64,000 nt of DNA, from contig NC_092677.1 of NCBI RefSeq assembly GCF_964355755.1, positions 28,135,175 through 28,199,174 on the forward strand, in the 5' to 3' direction. Source of the stretch: Antedon mediterranea. Lineage: Eukaryota; Animalia; Echinodermata. The position numbers and the translations under genes were made by a program. Shown here piece by piece: positions 40,380-53,200 of the stretch. Each line of letters begins with the position of its first letter. Position 1 is the first letter of the stretch. The notes beneath the pieces were generated by a model. That model saw only the letters and a program-made list of their open reading frames with translations, ran no database searches and was not told where the DNA came from.

Positions 40380-43300
40380 GTAATAATACTTTAAATGTTT
40401 AAGAAATTGTATCAACAGAAAGAATTTGTATTTGATATTGTTTTGTATCCACGCATAGGCCTACAGTGATTTAAAACAAATATTAACGTCGCCCATCAAT
40501 ACATATTATTTTTTATATTATTTTTTAACTCGTTTTTTTTGTGCAGGTCCCTATTCAATGGAAAAATTACACGATGCAACGATTGAAAGATTTCGGAAAT
40601 ACGGTAAAATTTTCAAAGAAAACATAGCGGGACAGACAGCCGTACACATACTAGAGCCAGAGGACGTGAAGAGACTATTTCAGCAGGAGGGGCCAAGTCC
40701 AAGAAGGCTGACCTTAGATCCTATGATTCACTACAGAAAACAACGTAAACAAAATATTGGTTTAGCAAATTTGTAAGTGTTAATTAATAATTAGTTAGTG
40801 TGAATGTTTAGTAATCGATTGATTGATTGATGTTATTTATTGATTGATATGTGGATCAATAAGCACATTATTACCTCGGTCATTTTTTGGATCATACACG
40901 TATGTAAACATACTCCATACTAATGCAGCAATCAGCACAGAGTTTGATCTAAGTGTCTTGCAGTATACAAAAAGCAATGCGGCGAGAGTTGGATTCGAAC
41001 TAGGATCTCACGACCAGTAATCCAACGTCCAACATACTGCGCCACACGCTATTGATTTTTTTTAGGGCCCAATTATTTTAAACATACTTATTCATTTTGT
41101 TATTTTTAGAGAGGGAAAGAAATGGTTAGAATTGCGACGGCCAATGGCCAAAACCATAATGAATCCCAAAAGTGTAAATTCGTTTATTCCAGTCATTAAC
41201 AAAGTAGCAAACGATTTTGTTACTCATATGAACACAGTGATTGATGACAACGGAGAAATCGAAGGATTTGAAAATGAAATTTACAAATGGGCACTAGAAA
41301 GTAAGTTAAAGTAATAATAATATGTAATAAATAATACCATTTTATATTGTTAAAAGGTCCCAAACAATAATAATAAGAAACAAATTTTAGTTGTTTCTCA
41401 AACTGTAGTTATATTTATGCTGGCTCCCACTAGAGACGACGCAACGCAAGGACGTGACGCAACGTAATTATGTAACGATGGATTATTCGAGCAGTGGCTT
41501 GTCATTGGTCAACTCACGTGCGTTGCGCGTACGTCCTTGCGTTGCGTTTCTAGTGGGAACCACGCTTTTACGCAACGACGACAGCGCAAATAGGAACCAA
41601 GCTTTAGCGTAATTGTCACATTATAATGTTCATTAATTTTGCATTCAGCGTTTCTTAACGTAAAATATGAATGACTTATTGACAATTGTTTTGTTTATAT
41701 TCATAGACAGTTGGGCAGTGGTTTATGACAATCGTTTAGGCGTACTAAATAGTCAGCTACCGGACAACCACATGGCTAATAACGTTATCAAATCCGTTAT
41801 CAATTTCTTTGTTGGCCTAAGAGATCTAACGTTCGGTTTACCTTTATATAAACTCAATATACCTACCTCCAGATGGAAAAAGTTTGCAGCCGCACAAGAT
41901 TGCATTTTCGAGTAAGTCGTGAGTTTTTTTTTGATACAACATACAAGCTCAAGTAGAACATGTATGAAACGCCATATGTGCCAAAATATTTATCTTTTAA
42001 ATAAAAACTTTGTTTTACTTTCAGGGTTTCAAAGCAATGCATAGAACAAACGTTAGATAAGAACAATGAGAATGATGATAAAGATGTGTTTTTGAAATCA
42101 CTGATGTCACGGAAAGCTTTCACGTTAGATGAACTAACGTTACTTTGCAAGGACCTCTTAATGGGTTCTCTTGATACGGTATGTTTAACACAGATTATAC
42201 GGCATATTTCGCGTGTAGGAATTATCCTAAATTATTACATAAGGGATAGGAATTTGCGTGAAAAAAATGGTTGGTCACATTGGTCGTTGTGCGCTTACCT
42301 CTCCTGGCTTTGCGTCGCGCGCTTTCCTCCTTACATTGCGTCGCGCGCTTTCCTCCTTACATTGCGTCGCGCGCTTTCCTCCTTACATTGCGTCGCGCGC
42401 TTTCCGCCTTACATTGCGTCGCGCGCTTTCCTCCTTGTATTTCGTCGCGCGCTTATCTCCTTACATTGCGTCGCGCGCTTAAACATTGCGTCGCGCTTAC
42501 CTCCTTGCATTGCGTCGCGCGCTTATCTCATTGCATTGCGTCCTAGTGGGAACCAAGCTTAAGTTCTATACTATTCTTCTACCGCTTTCACACCAAAACT
42601 CCGGAGTGTCTCCGGAGACACCCCGGGGTTTATGACCATTCAAAACGTCGAGAAACTCCGGAGACGTACCACTTTGTTTCTATTTTGGTGACTCACAACA
42701 ATTGGGGTATTAGTCTTCTTTAAATGACCTGTGCTACCAACACACAATATAACACACTGTTGACAAGGGACAGTTAATTAAGAGGTCACGTCTCCGGAAA
42801 CAAGTAGAAAGACGGCCACTCTGACTTTCAAAGAGTTTCGCTTTATCGTTAGAAAACTATAAGGGTGGATCACATTAGAGACGCAACGCAAAGACGAACG
42901 CGCAGCGAGTTGACAAATGACAAGCCACTGTTCGAATAATTCATCGCTTGTGATTGGTCAAATCACTTACGTTGCGTTAAGTCGCTAATGGGAACCAAAC
43001 TTGAACAAAAATAGAATATTAATAAAGTAGCATAACAGCATTAATTTTCAACAAACTATCTGTGTTTAACTACAGTAATTTCGTTAGTTTTTACTTGTTC
43101 AATTACAATTACAATAATTATTTAATTTTTTGTTCAAAAACAGACGTCGCACACACTTGCTTTCAATCTGTACACATTAGCGAAGAACCCTGAGGCACAA
43201 GAGCAACTGTATCAGGAGGTTATCAGTATGGCAGACGAGAATGAACCGATTACGTCAGATCACTTACAGGACGTCCCATACTTAAAGGCGTGTATTAAAG

Positions 43301-45480
43301 AAACGTTTAGGTAAGCTAACATGCTGATTATATCACTAATTGTAAAATAAATAGTTGTAGGCCTATTTGTCAAGTTACCATTATCATGGACACCGTAAAT
43401 TACTGCGTGGTTAATTAATACGTAATTTTACAAGACCAGAGATTCCGAAATAAATGAATACCGCAATGCATACAATTCGACCATTTTGAACACATTGAAC
43501 AAACCGATTTCACTACGGAATTTGAAATATAATTATTAACAACGATGGATTTAAACAGTTGTGACCAAATCAAATAATTATCTTAAAATGCTTTTTGGCA
43601 AGGTCTGATTCAACGTGTGCCCGCCAAAGGTTCTCACATCTCATTGATTGGCTTTTGTGGGTCGCTAACCTAGAACCATCGCGTTAGATCAGCGTTCAGC
43701 GAGGATACGAAAGGCCCGTAGGGATACGCGCTGAGACGAGTCCTCATTTGGGACAATCAATCGCCAGAATAAATGCATTTTATTTTTTTTAAATTACAGA
43801 ACAAGTTAAAAATCTACAGGAAATTACTGATTCGTTGCTTCTTTTTGACCCAAGGAGAGTTGAAAAAATAACACGAAATGAGTATCATTAAAATTGGGTC
43901 AACTACTGATTTGGATCGTTGACTTTCTGATGATCACAACTTTATCGTTCTAGTTTTGCTTTCGCATCATAGGTCTATAAGGAAATATAATAAATATATA
44001 CTTTCGTGGAAAGCCGATACAATATGACTCTATCTGATTGATTTTAATTTGTGCGTAATATTAATTAATAAGGGAGGTTTCGCAACCTTACGAATACGAT
44101 AACGAAAACGGATACGTCACACATTTGTGAAACTTTTGAGCTGATCCCCATTTCATATTCGTAAAGCGTATTCGTGTTGACGAATATCACCAGTCATATT
44201 CGTAACTACAAAACGAGTATAGTTTTTGATCTATTTTGCACATTTTGCATTTGAATCAGGAATGATTCATGATTATAATATAATTATAGATTTATTGAAA
44301 GTAATTTACTAAAGTAATTTACTAAAATGCCAAGTCAATTTTGATAAATAGCAGTTTTTAAAGTCCTCACTCGCTTTGATGTTACGCTAGGCCTAGGCAG
44401 CCAAGCACCAAGCAACACGTACCTGCGCTTCGCTCAAATTTACCGCAGTCATATTTTGGACGCGCCTCAATATTCCGTTGCCATGCGAAACAGATTTTTT
44501 TATGGCTTACGAATACGTGTGCGTGACGTATCCGTTTTCGTTATCGTATTCGTAAGATTGCGAGACCTCTCTATTAACTTTTTCGTATAACGACAACAGC
44601 AATCTCGAATCGTGTTCTCGATCAGGGTTTTCAACATGTTTTTAGCGCGGATCTCAAGAATGTTGATGTTAGATTGCCGTGTGTAAATTAGGCCTAATAC
44701 TTAAATTATAATTGTTAATCTTTCAGAATGTTCCCAACTACAGACGGTACAAGTCGGAAGTTAGATCGAGATGTCGTTCTTAGCGGATATACCGTTCCAG
44801 CTGATGTAAGTATTATCTTAAAAACGAAAAAAAACCTATCTTTTATTCAATTAATTTTTAGACGAAAGAAACAATTTAATTCTTTTATTAAAAAAAAGTA
44901 TTTTACAAATAATCGATAAAATAATGATTTCAGACCTTGATCCGAGTTCATATGGTAGCAGGGTCTATGGAGGAATATATAGATGAACCAAAAGAGTTTC
45001 GACCTGAACGATGGCTGAAGGAGTCGGCAGAACAAATCGATCCCCATCTTCTACTTCCGTTCGGACATGGACCGCGCATGTGCATCGGAAGACGTCTTGC
45101 AGAAAATTCGGTGTATTTGATGTTATCAAAGGTATGTGTGCTGGTCATTTCGACTCAAGATTTTGTAATATTAATTCAAATTAGATGAAATTGACAAAGC
45201 TACAAAATGACGGGGTGATGATGCAATCGTGTAGTGATTGATCGGTACGCTTTACGTCATTACATTGCGTCCTAATGACATGGAAACCAAGTTTACGCGC
45301 AGGCTTACGCGCGACCACGGCGTCATCGCACCTCATGCATGCTAAATATCTTTTAATTTTTGTTTTCAGATTATAAGAAAATTTAAGGTGGAATGGCATC
45401 ACGAAGATATGGACCTTCGATTTCGAATCGTAAACGCTCCCAGCGTTCCACTCCGATATAAATTCGTCGAACGAACGTAG
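40079..45480 (+). CDS. Mitochondrial-clan cytochrome P450 (CYP10/11/24/27/49-like), 9 coding exons, 543 aa
   Basis: Exons 40079-40379, 40547-40772, 41110-41300, 41707-41911, 42025-42178, 43144-43310, 44727-44805, 44934-45131 and 45370-45480 total 1632 nt, with all introns GT-AG and in phase. Motifs: [11 protein letters not shown], WxxxR (KWLELRR), I-helix GSLDTTS, K-helix [18 protein letters not shown], heme loop [16 protein letters not shown]. The N-terminus is Arg-containing and acid-free with no TM anchor, like a mitochondrial presequence. The family number cannot be fixed without a phylogeny. Confidence 0.95.
40547..40772 (+). CDS. CYP coding exon 2
   Basis: tgcag|GTCCC...AATTT|gtaagt; encodes PYSMEKLHD...[10 protein letters not shown]...QQEGPSPRR. 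Confidence 0.92.
40815..41050 (-). mobile_element. tRNA-derived SINE in CYP intron
   Basis: On the - strand: A-box TGGCGCAGTATG, B-box GTTCGAATCC (40991-41000), GCAAGACACTT core-like motif, (ATCA)n tail. Confidence 0.65.
41110..41300 (+). CDS. CYP coding exon 3
   Basis: tttag|A...GAAA|gtaagt; encodes [10 protein letters not shown]...YKWALE. Confidence 0.92.
41418..41606. mobile_element. MITE family A copy plus fragment, in CYP intron
   Basis: CCCACTAGAGACG...CTAGTGGGAACCACGCT, then a second GGAACCAAGCTTTA. Confidence 0.7.
41707..41911 (+). CDS. CYP coding exon 4
   Basis: catag|AC...TTCGA|gtaagt; encodes [11 protein letters not shown]...PTSRWKKF. Confidence 0.9.
42025..42178 (+). CDS. CYP coding exon 5
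   Basis: ttcag|G...GATACG|gtatgt; ends DLLMGSLDT (I-helix). Confidence 0.92.
42270..42559. repeat. MITE family A right half with expanded 26-bp internal tandem repeat (~9 copies)
   Basis: Unit TGCGTCGCGCGCTTTCCTCCTTACAT, ending in CTAGTGGGAACCAAGCT. Confidence 0.8.
42860..43002. mobile_element. MITE family A copy
   Basis: AGAGACGCAACGC...GCTTGTGATTGGTCAAATC...GGGAACCAA. Confidence 0.65.
43144..43310 (+). CDS. CYP coding exon 6
   Basis: cag|ACGTCG...TTTAG|gtaagc; encodes [25 protein letters not shown]...[11 protein letters not shown] (not in the ORF track). Confidence 0.93.
44071..44572. mobile_element. TIR element (~500 bp) in CYP intron
   Basis: ~50-bp TIRs: AGGGAGGTTTCGCAACCTTACGAATACGATAACGAAAACGGATACGTCAC and its reverse complement at the right end; AT-rich flanks. 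Confidence 0.8.
44727..44805 (+). CDS. CYP coding exon 7
   Basis: ttcag|AATG...GCTGAT|gtaag; encodes [26 protein letters not shown]. Confidence 0.93.
44934..45131 (+). CDS. CYP coding exon 8 (heme-binding)
   Basis: ttcag|ACC...TCAAAG|gtatgt; contains FRPERW and [13 protein letters not shown]. Confidence 0.95.
45370..45480 (+). CDS. CYP coding exon 9 (terminal)
   Basis: ttcag|ATT...TAG; encodes [36 protein letters not shown]. Confidence 0.92.
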   Translation: MIRKFKVEWHHEDMDLRFRIVNAPSVPLRYKFVERT

Positions 45481-47139
45481 TAGTGACGGCAGAAAAAGAA
45501 AGCGTTTAGTTTCTAGTGTTCAATATGTTTTACATTGCTTTATGTGGTTAAATGCTCAAATACTAACAATGCAAGCGTATTATATTGGAATTTAATAGTG
45601 TGATTCGTTGCTTAAAATGTAAGCAAGAACGTAAAATGAAAATTTGTTGAGACCAAAAATTGTAATTATTTCTATAATTAAAAAGATATATAAAATGTGT
45701 TAAATGTTACAGTATGAAAAATATTATTTTATATAGAGGAAAATTCGTCATCAAAATACGTCATACATATCAGCTAATAGTAGACCTACATGTCATATAA
45801 AGCTTCTTTCAGATGGTGTAAATTTCGTCATCGAAACTCGGAAAAAGTAGATATTTTAAGCGTGCGTTCGAACGCTACAATTAGTGCAGCTATTGTACGC
45901 GCGCGTGTAAGAACCAAGGTAAAGAAAATACACAGTATACCTATTTATAGCAGCTTATTAATAATCACGTATCAGTGTTAGTAATACTTAATTGATCATT
46001 CAATCAATAATCGCATTTTGTATATATTGTTTATATGTGAAAAAGAAAGAAATTTTTTAGTATAAAAAGGAAACCGACTTGTATATTTTCTTTGGGTTTT
46101 TATGTAAAGTTTACATTATTTTGATTCTTATGTTTTATCTTTAGTTATATATTAATATTATATATAAAAATAAACACATATTTATTCAGTGTACCATAAC
46201 AATTTCTACTAAGATCATACTAAATAACGACTAATTATGCACAGTATTATAGTTTGGTTTGTGACTTGATTAGCATATTCAAATTAGTTATGACGTAATG
46301 GACGTAATCATAATTTGTTGTTTTTAGGTTGATTTATCATTCTTATTTGATAATATTCTTAATAAGTTTGTTGTATTTATTGTATTACATTTTTAATTTA
46401 AATTTAAAAGTTTATCTATATTCTTATTTTGATTAGTTTTTAACCAAAAATGTACGTAAATACTTGTAAAATGTTAAAACGTATAATGGACGATGGCTTT
46501 ATAATTACATTCCTAATATGATATTGTGTATTTTAAGAGGAGAAATACAAGGATGATGATTGGTTGATATATACCGGCGCGCGCGGTACACAATACATAG
46601 ATTTACTATAACCATGGAGGAAATAATAAGACGTTTTGCGATAACCGTTTAAGTATACTGTATATGTTCATTGTTCCAATCTATTCAACTTTTATACCGC
46701 ATTCTATTTACTTAATAGTACGTAAACATATGCACATTGTAATTGGTTTTCGTAGCTAAAAAGCTGAAATCCACACAATGTGTTATGCTTAAGTTGCAAG
46801 TAAAGTTTTATGGAACCCAATTTGTTTATGGAAAGTGTTCTCCGTATAATTGAACATGTTTATACTATTCAAACAAAATAAATAGCATTTTATTTGTCAA
46901 TTAAACACTACTTTTCTATGTGGTTTATTTGATTTGTATGCATTGTATTTCCTACACCAAAAAAACCGTACATATTCGCATATGGCACAGCTCGCGCCCC
47001 ATATCTACATTACTGCGCTTCCTGAAAACTATAGAGGGCGAACTTTAAGCGAATGAAAACAATAACATTCAAGATGGACACCACTGTTTTTTAGGACTGT
47101 TTTTAAGAAAAAAATAATTCGTTTATTTTAATATTTAAA

Positions 47140-47261
47140 ATGGGTTCCCGTCATGCAAACGAACATGATCCAGAAAACGAAAGTAATAATGTAAATGATG
47201 ATGGAGACGATGACCATGATTACCAGGATTACGCTGCAGTACTTGCATATTTGCTCCGCAG
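47140..47261 (+). CDS. DCAF11: DCAF11 exon 1
   Basis: ATG at 47140; MGSRHANEHD...AAVLAYLLR; donor gttagg. Confidence 0.88.
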
Positions 47262-50200
47262 GTTAGGCCTTCTATTCTAGCCTGCCTGCAGCCTAGGCTA
47301 GCTAGCATATAGGCGCGCCAGACCTAGGCCTAGTTATAAGTTATTACGTACCTAGAGTGAGGATCAGACGAGATTGACTAGCTAGGCCTAGCTAGACTTC
47401 TAGTAGGTAGCCTGGGTATTCGGTAGCCAATCTAGGGCCAGGCTCCACCACCACTGAAAATTGGCGTATTATAATATATGTAGGCCTAGCTAGGCCTACT
47501 ACTATGCTGGGAGTGGAGTTGTAAAATTACCTTCCTGGTCTAGTAGGCTAGTAAGCTACGCACTTCTAAATCTAAAGTTTGCTGAAGTGCACTGAACAAT
47601 CAATACAATAATTTAATTATAAATCTAACCATGCATATGCAACAAGTGATTATAAAAAGTAATTTAATACTAGGCCTACACTACATCTTCTTCATAATTA
47701 CATTAGTTTTACCTGATCATTTTATTGTGTTTTATCTTTTTCTCTATACATATTTGCGTCAAAATATCTAAATAATCAATGCTAGGCCTAGTTTTAAATT
47801 ATGTTTTTCGATATTATGATTTCAATTTTTAATTTAATTTATTTCCGCAATATAATAACATACAGAATATACAATTTATATTTCAGTGGAAGACTGCAGT
47901 TTACAGGACATGTGCGCCATTTTGATGATGATTATAGCGAGTGTGACAGATCTGCAGCTTGTAGACCAGAAGGTAGCTTTAATTTATTATTCATTAGCCT
48001 ATTGCTAAATGAAATCAAAAGAAATCAAAAGAATTTGGCTTAAACCATGAAATGACAATGCAATATTTGGTCACATAGATAGGTTAATAAATTCAATAAA
48101 ACTTTATTATCCCAAACTCCAGGGAAATTCATTTAGTTGTGGTATACAAAGATTCATAACAACGTTTTAAAAAGCACAAAAAGGCACAATCAATAATAAC
48201 AATTTAAAGTATGTTAAAAAACACAGAGAGAAGCAAATAGCACACAAATAAAATCAACTTAATATTGCATGCACAGCATTATGTTATTAGAGTGCCATTG
48301 TATTATCTTATTATCTTACCATTGTATTATGTTATTAGAGTGCCATTGTAGGAGTAAATGATAGAGTTCAGTATTTATTTTTCTCATGATCAGTAATCGC
48401 CAGCTTGGAATATTAGAAAGAGGATGAGTGTACATATACAGTATTCCCTCCTCTATTTAAATCAAATAAGCAGCAATATATGTTTGTGCAACTACCCCCT
48501 ATTCTGGTGCCACCCATGTGAGAGTCCAAAGGTGTTTCCTTAATAGGATTTCTACTGTATAACTATATGATATGATACAATATAATTATTAACATCCAAA
48601 GCAAAATTGATTAATAACAATTTTGAATTTTATTATAATGCTCTCTTCCTTTTTCTTTTAATTTGTATATTTAGTTATATTTTTGTTGTTTTTTAACAAT
48701 TTTTATTCATTATTACATCATTATCTAAATGTCTATGGAAATAAATTAATGAATTGTTTATTTATGACTTTATATTCCTATAGCTGACTTAAATCCAGAT
48801 ACTTCTAAAATAGATGTAAGTATTACAGCCCTTTTTCACTAACTATATAATATGTTAAGTTCTGTCTACACTATCAAACTTGAAAAAAAAAAAATGTGAT
48901 GTACCTATATGTGGACATGATGATATCATATCACTACCATATTTGGGCATATTACTACCATATTTAACCACATCACTTTTTTTTATCAAACTAGTTTTAT
49001 AATATAGGCAGTGCATTAGAGTTTGCAATAGATAAACATAAAACTGCTTCATCATTGTGTATACCTGTATTATTGACAAAGTGGGATTATTGCCATGCTT
49101 ATGAAGATTTGAATTAGGTCAAAGTTCAACACACTGTCTGTTCGAATGGAGTTCTCTAAACAAGAAGAACTATTTAATTTATTTTCAAATTTGATTATTT
49201 CAGAGTAGTGACTATAAACAAGAGGTGTTGCAATACAATAGGTGTAAATATGATGAGAATCCATATGCAACAAAATCAATACCAAAAACATTGCTAAAGG
49301 TGAGAATTCAAGACATTAAATATTCTATGAATAAAGACAAATCCAATGTCAATACTTTGACTCAAAATTAATTCTCTTTAAATATAAGAATAAGTCTGGC
49401 TGTGGATGTAGATTCAATTTATTTGGTCAAGCACATAACTTTGAAATTGACATTGCTTGTCACAGATATCAATAGAAAAACATAAAATACTAAAAGAAAA
49501 ATACATGTTGAATATGACTGTTGCATCACAAAAAAAAGAAGAAAACAACAATAATTGAAATATCACAAAAACAAAATAATTAAAGTACAGTGGTGAAATA
49601 CTGACAGTAGTAATTAAGTAGATTGAAATGTTTAAAAGTTTTATTTTCTTTCAGAGAACTTATGATGATAGTCGAACAGGATTTACCAGACGAGACAAGT
49701 GTGCAATCGTATCTAGGTAATTGTGTTTTTATCATTTGATGATACTAATTTTGGTTTCAATCAACATAATATTGTGATTTTTAACTGTTTATATGCATAT
49801 AGCATGCTCAGTATAAAAATCAACTTCCTTAATATCAATAGACCTCTTTTTTAAAACCTTCACAAAAAAAAAAAACATTTACAATTATGAAAATCTGTAA
49901 GTGTGAATAATACTCTTTTATGGACACACATTTTTCCAACTGAATGGGTGTGTGGTTTTGAATTGATACACTGCAGTAGAGATCACTGTTAATCAAAAAT
50001 TCTTATTTTTGTAACAGTTTTTTACCAAATCGGATGAAAGTATTGAAGTCATATAATTCTAAAGTGTTTTGTGGGTCATACTCAAAGGATGGAACAGTGT
50101 TCATGTCAGCTTGTCAAGATAAATTTATTCGACTTTATGATACAACAAATGGGAAATTTAAACAGATCCGAGAAATACCTGCAAGAGATATAGGTTGGAG

Positions 50201-53200
50201 TATCATAGACACAGCTTACAGGTATGTCAACAAAACCTAGATCTATTAAGGTACCTGGATAATGTATTTAGGTACCTGGATAATGCGTTTTATCTACTAA
50301 CTGTTTGAACACAAAACCTAGACCTATTAAGGTACCTGGATAATGTGTTTTATCTACTATCTGTCTGAACACAAAACCTAGACCTATTAAGGTACCTGGA
50401 TAATGTATTTACATACCTGGACAATGTATTAAGGTACCTAGATAATTTAATAAAGGTACCTGGATAATTTATTAAGGTACCTGGATAATGTATTAAGGTA
50501 CCTGGATAATGTATTAAGGTACCTGGATAATGTATTAGGGTACCTGGGTAATGTATTAAGGTACCTGGATAATGTATTAGAGTACCTGGATAATGTATTA
50601 AGGTACCTGGATAATTATTCTTATCTACTAACTGTCTGAATACAAGTCAACTCCTCCAAAACAAGGATATCTGCAACCAGGGAAGACATTCTTCTGTTGG
50701 AACCACACAACAGTATGTAGCCTGCAAACATGGTAGTGATCATCATGTCCATATTTGGGCACATCACATTTGTTGTCACATAACGTTTGATAGTGTATAT
50801 AGAGTTTAAAGTTTTCTGTAAAATTAAACTGCAATATGTTTTGTTTCTTTTCATTTTTAACTGTTTTGTTTCTTGTTTATTTAGTCCGGATGGTTGCTAC
50901 CTGATATACTCAAGTTGGTCAGATAAAAGTAAGTACAGTAGCATTTCCACTGTCTTGCTACTTAAGTACTAGCTTACTTTTGATAACATCTCTGATCAAT
51001 AACCATTATTATTATGTTTCAGTTCATCTGTGTAATATATATGGTGACTATGAAACGCATACAGCACTGGAACTCAACGCCGAGGAGTATTCACATTTCT
51101 GTGTTTTTACAATCAACTTTTCAAATGACAATCGAGAGGTTCTTGCTGGGTATGACAATTATACAAATATATTTAACATTTTCAATTATATTCATATTGA
51201 TTTTCTTATTTGTGTTTTTATAAATGACCAACATTTATGAAATCTATTTAAGTTTCTGATTCAATGAATTGGGATAGTTTATAATGATCTTTAGATATAA
51301 GATCTAAAAACTTACATTTACAGTAATATAATTCTAAATCATGCTCACAGAATATTTGTTTGAAATTTTCAGAGCCAATGATGGATGTATTTATGTTTAT
51401 GACAGAGAAAAGGCAGAAAGAATTCTGAAGGTAAGGTAGAACAAAAAGACTATTTGTAACACATCAGCAATAAACTGAAGGTTGTATTTCAATTATATTT
51501 TGACCAATGGTTTCATGACGACGTTTGTGTAGAGCACCTTTTTGTGCTGTAAACCGGAGTGCCATCACTCTCTCGGCAACCCTGTGTGTTCCTAAAATAA
51601 TAAATAAATTATTTATTTGATAGTGTATTAATTTCTGTCTACAATATCAAACTTTATGTGACAAAACATGTGATGTGCACATTTAGGTTATTTAGGCTTA
51701 TCATATCATTTTTTTTTTATTGTAAACATTTATATTTTGTTTTTGTTGTGTTTTTTTATTTGTTTCCTATGGGTTCTAATATGACAATTCTGTAACGTAT
51801 GGTGAAAGTCAATAAAGAATAAATGGTGATGTCATATCACTACCATAATTGGGCACATCACACTTTTATTTTGTCAACATTGTTTGATTGTGTGGACAGA
51901 GGTTTAAGCATGTTGATGTTTGATTGTAGATAGACGCACATGCTGATGACCTCAGTACTGTTGTATTTGCTGACAGCTCGTCACATATCATATATTCCGG
52001 TGCGGATGATGGCATGTGTAAGGTCTGGGATCGACGTTGCTTGACTGAAGTTTGTCCAAAACCGGTTGGTGTTTTGGCTGGACATACAGATGGTCTCACA
52101 TTTGTTGATTCAAAGGTAACTTTTTAGATTTAATAGAATAAAATTGACCACTATAAATACATTAAAGTGTGTTAACCCTGACTTGTATTATGGATTGTAT
52201 TTTGTATTAATTTTAATGTAGTAGGTCATGCTTAATTATTAATGTTTTATATATACTGATTATTTCTATGTATGTAGTGGTATGACACTGTATCAAGTTG
52301 TTAGCTACAATACAATCTTATTCTTTCTGATTATTTCTATTTATGTAGTGGTATGACACAGTATCAAGTTGTTAGCTACAATACAATCTTATTCTTTCTG
52401 ATTATTTCTATGTATGTAGTGGTATGACACTGTATCAAGTTGTTAGCTACAATACAATCTTATTCTTTCTGATTATTTCTATTTATGTAGTGGTATGACA
52501 CAGTATCAAGTTGTTAGCTACAATACAATCTTATTCTTTCTGATTATTTCTATTTATGTAGTGGTATGACACTGTATCAAGTTGTTAGCTACAATACAAT
52601 CTTATTCTTTCTGATTATTTCTATTTATGTAGTGGTATGACACTGTATCAAGTTGTTAGCTACAATACAATCTTATTCTTTCTGATTATTTCTATTTATG
52701 TAGTGGTATGACACAGTATCAAGTTGTTAGCTACAATACAATCTTATTCTTTCTGATTATTTCTATTTATGTAGTGGTATGACACTGTATCAAGTTGTTA
52801 GCTACAATACAATCTTATTCTTTCTGATTATTTCTATGTATGTAGTGATATGACACTGTATCAAGTTGTTAGCTACAATACAATCTTATTCTTACTGATT
52901 ATTTCTATGTATGTAGTGATATGACACTGTATCAAGTTGTTAGCTACAATACAATCTTATTCTTTCTGATTATTTCTATTTATGTAGTGGTATGACACTG
53001 TATCAAGTTGTTAGCTACAATACAATCTTATTCTTTCTGATTATTTCTATTTATGTAGTGGTATGACACAGTATCAAGTTGTTAGCTACAATACAATCTT
53101 ATTCTTTCTGATTATTTCTATTTATGTAGTGGTATGACACAGTATCAAGTTGTTTGCTACAATACAATCTTATTCTTTCTGATTATTTCTATTTATGTAG

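Noticed and set aside
40950-41050. tRNA gene on the - strand
   Set aside because: A/B boxes are present but there is no convincing cloverleaf; it continues into a SINE body and tail
42179-42562. Extension of the 158-aa ORF and overlapping ORFs
   Set aside because: Only 42025-42178 is exon; the rest is intron and the 26-bp array
43698-43746. Hammerhead-like arrangement (GAGGA..CGAAA...CTGAGACGAGTCCTC); also ATGATGAGACC..GGT at ~29681
   Set aside because: The core is not CUGANGA and stems I/III cannot form properly
49005-49080. Alternative DCAF11 exon 4 candidate
   Set aside because: Wrong phases and overlaps a MITE end; 49204-49299 fits phase and homology
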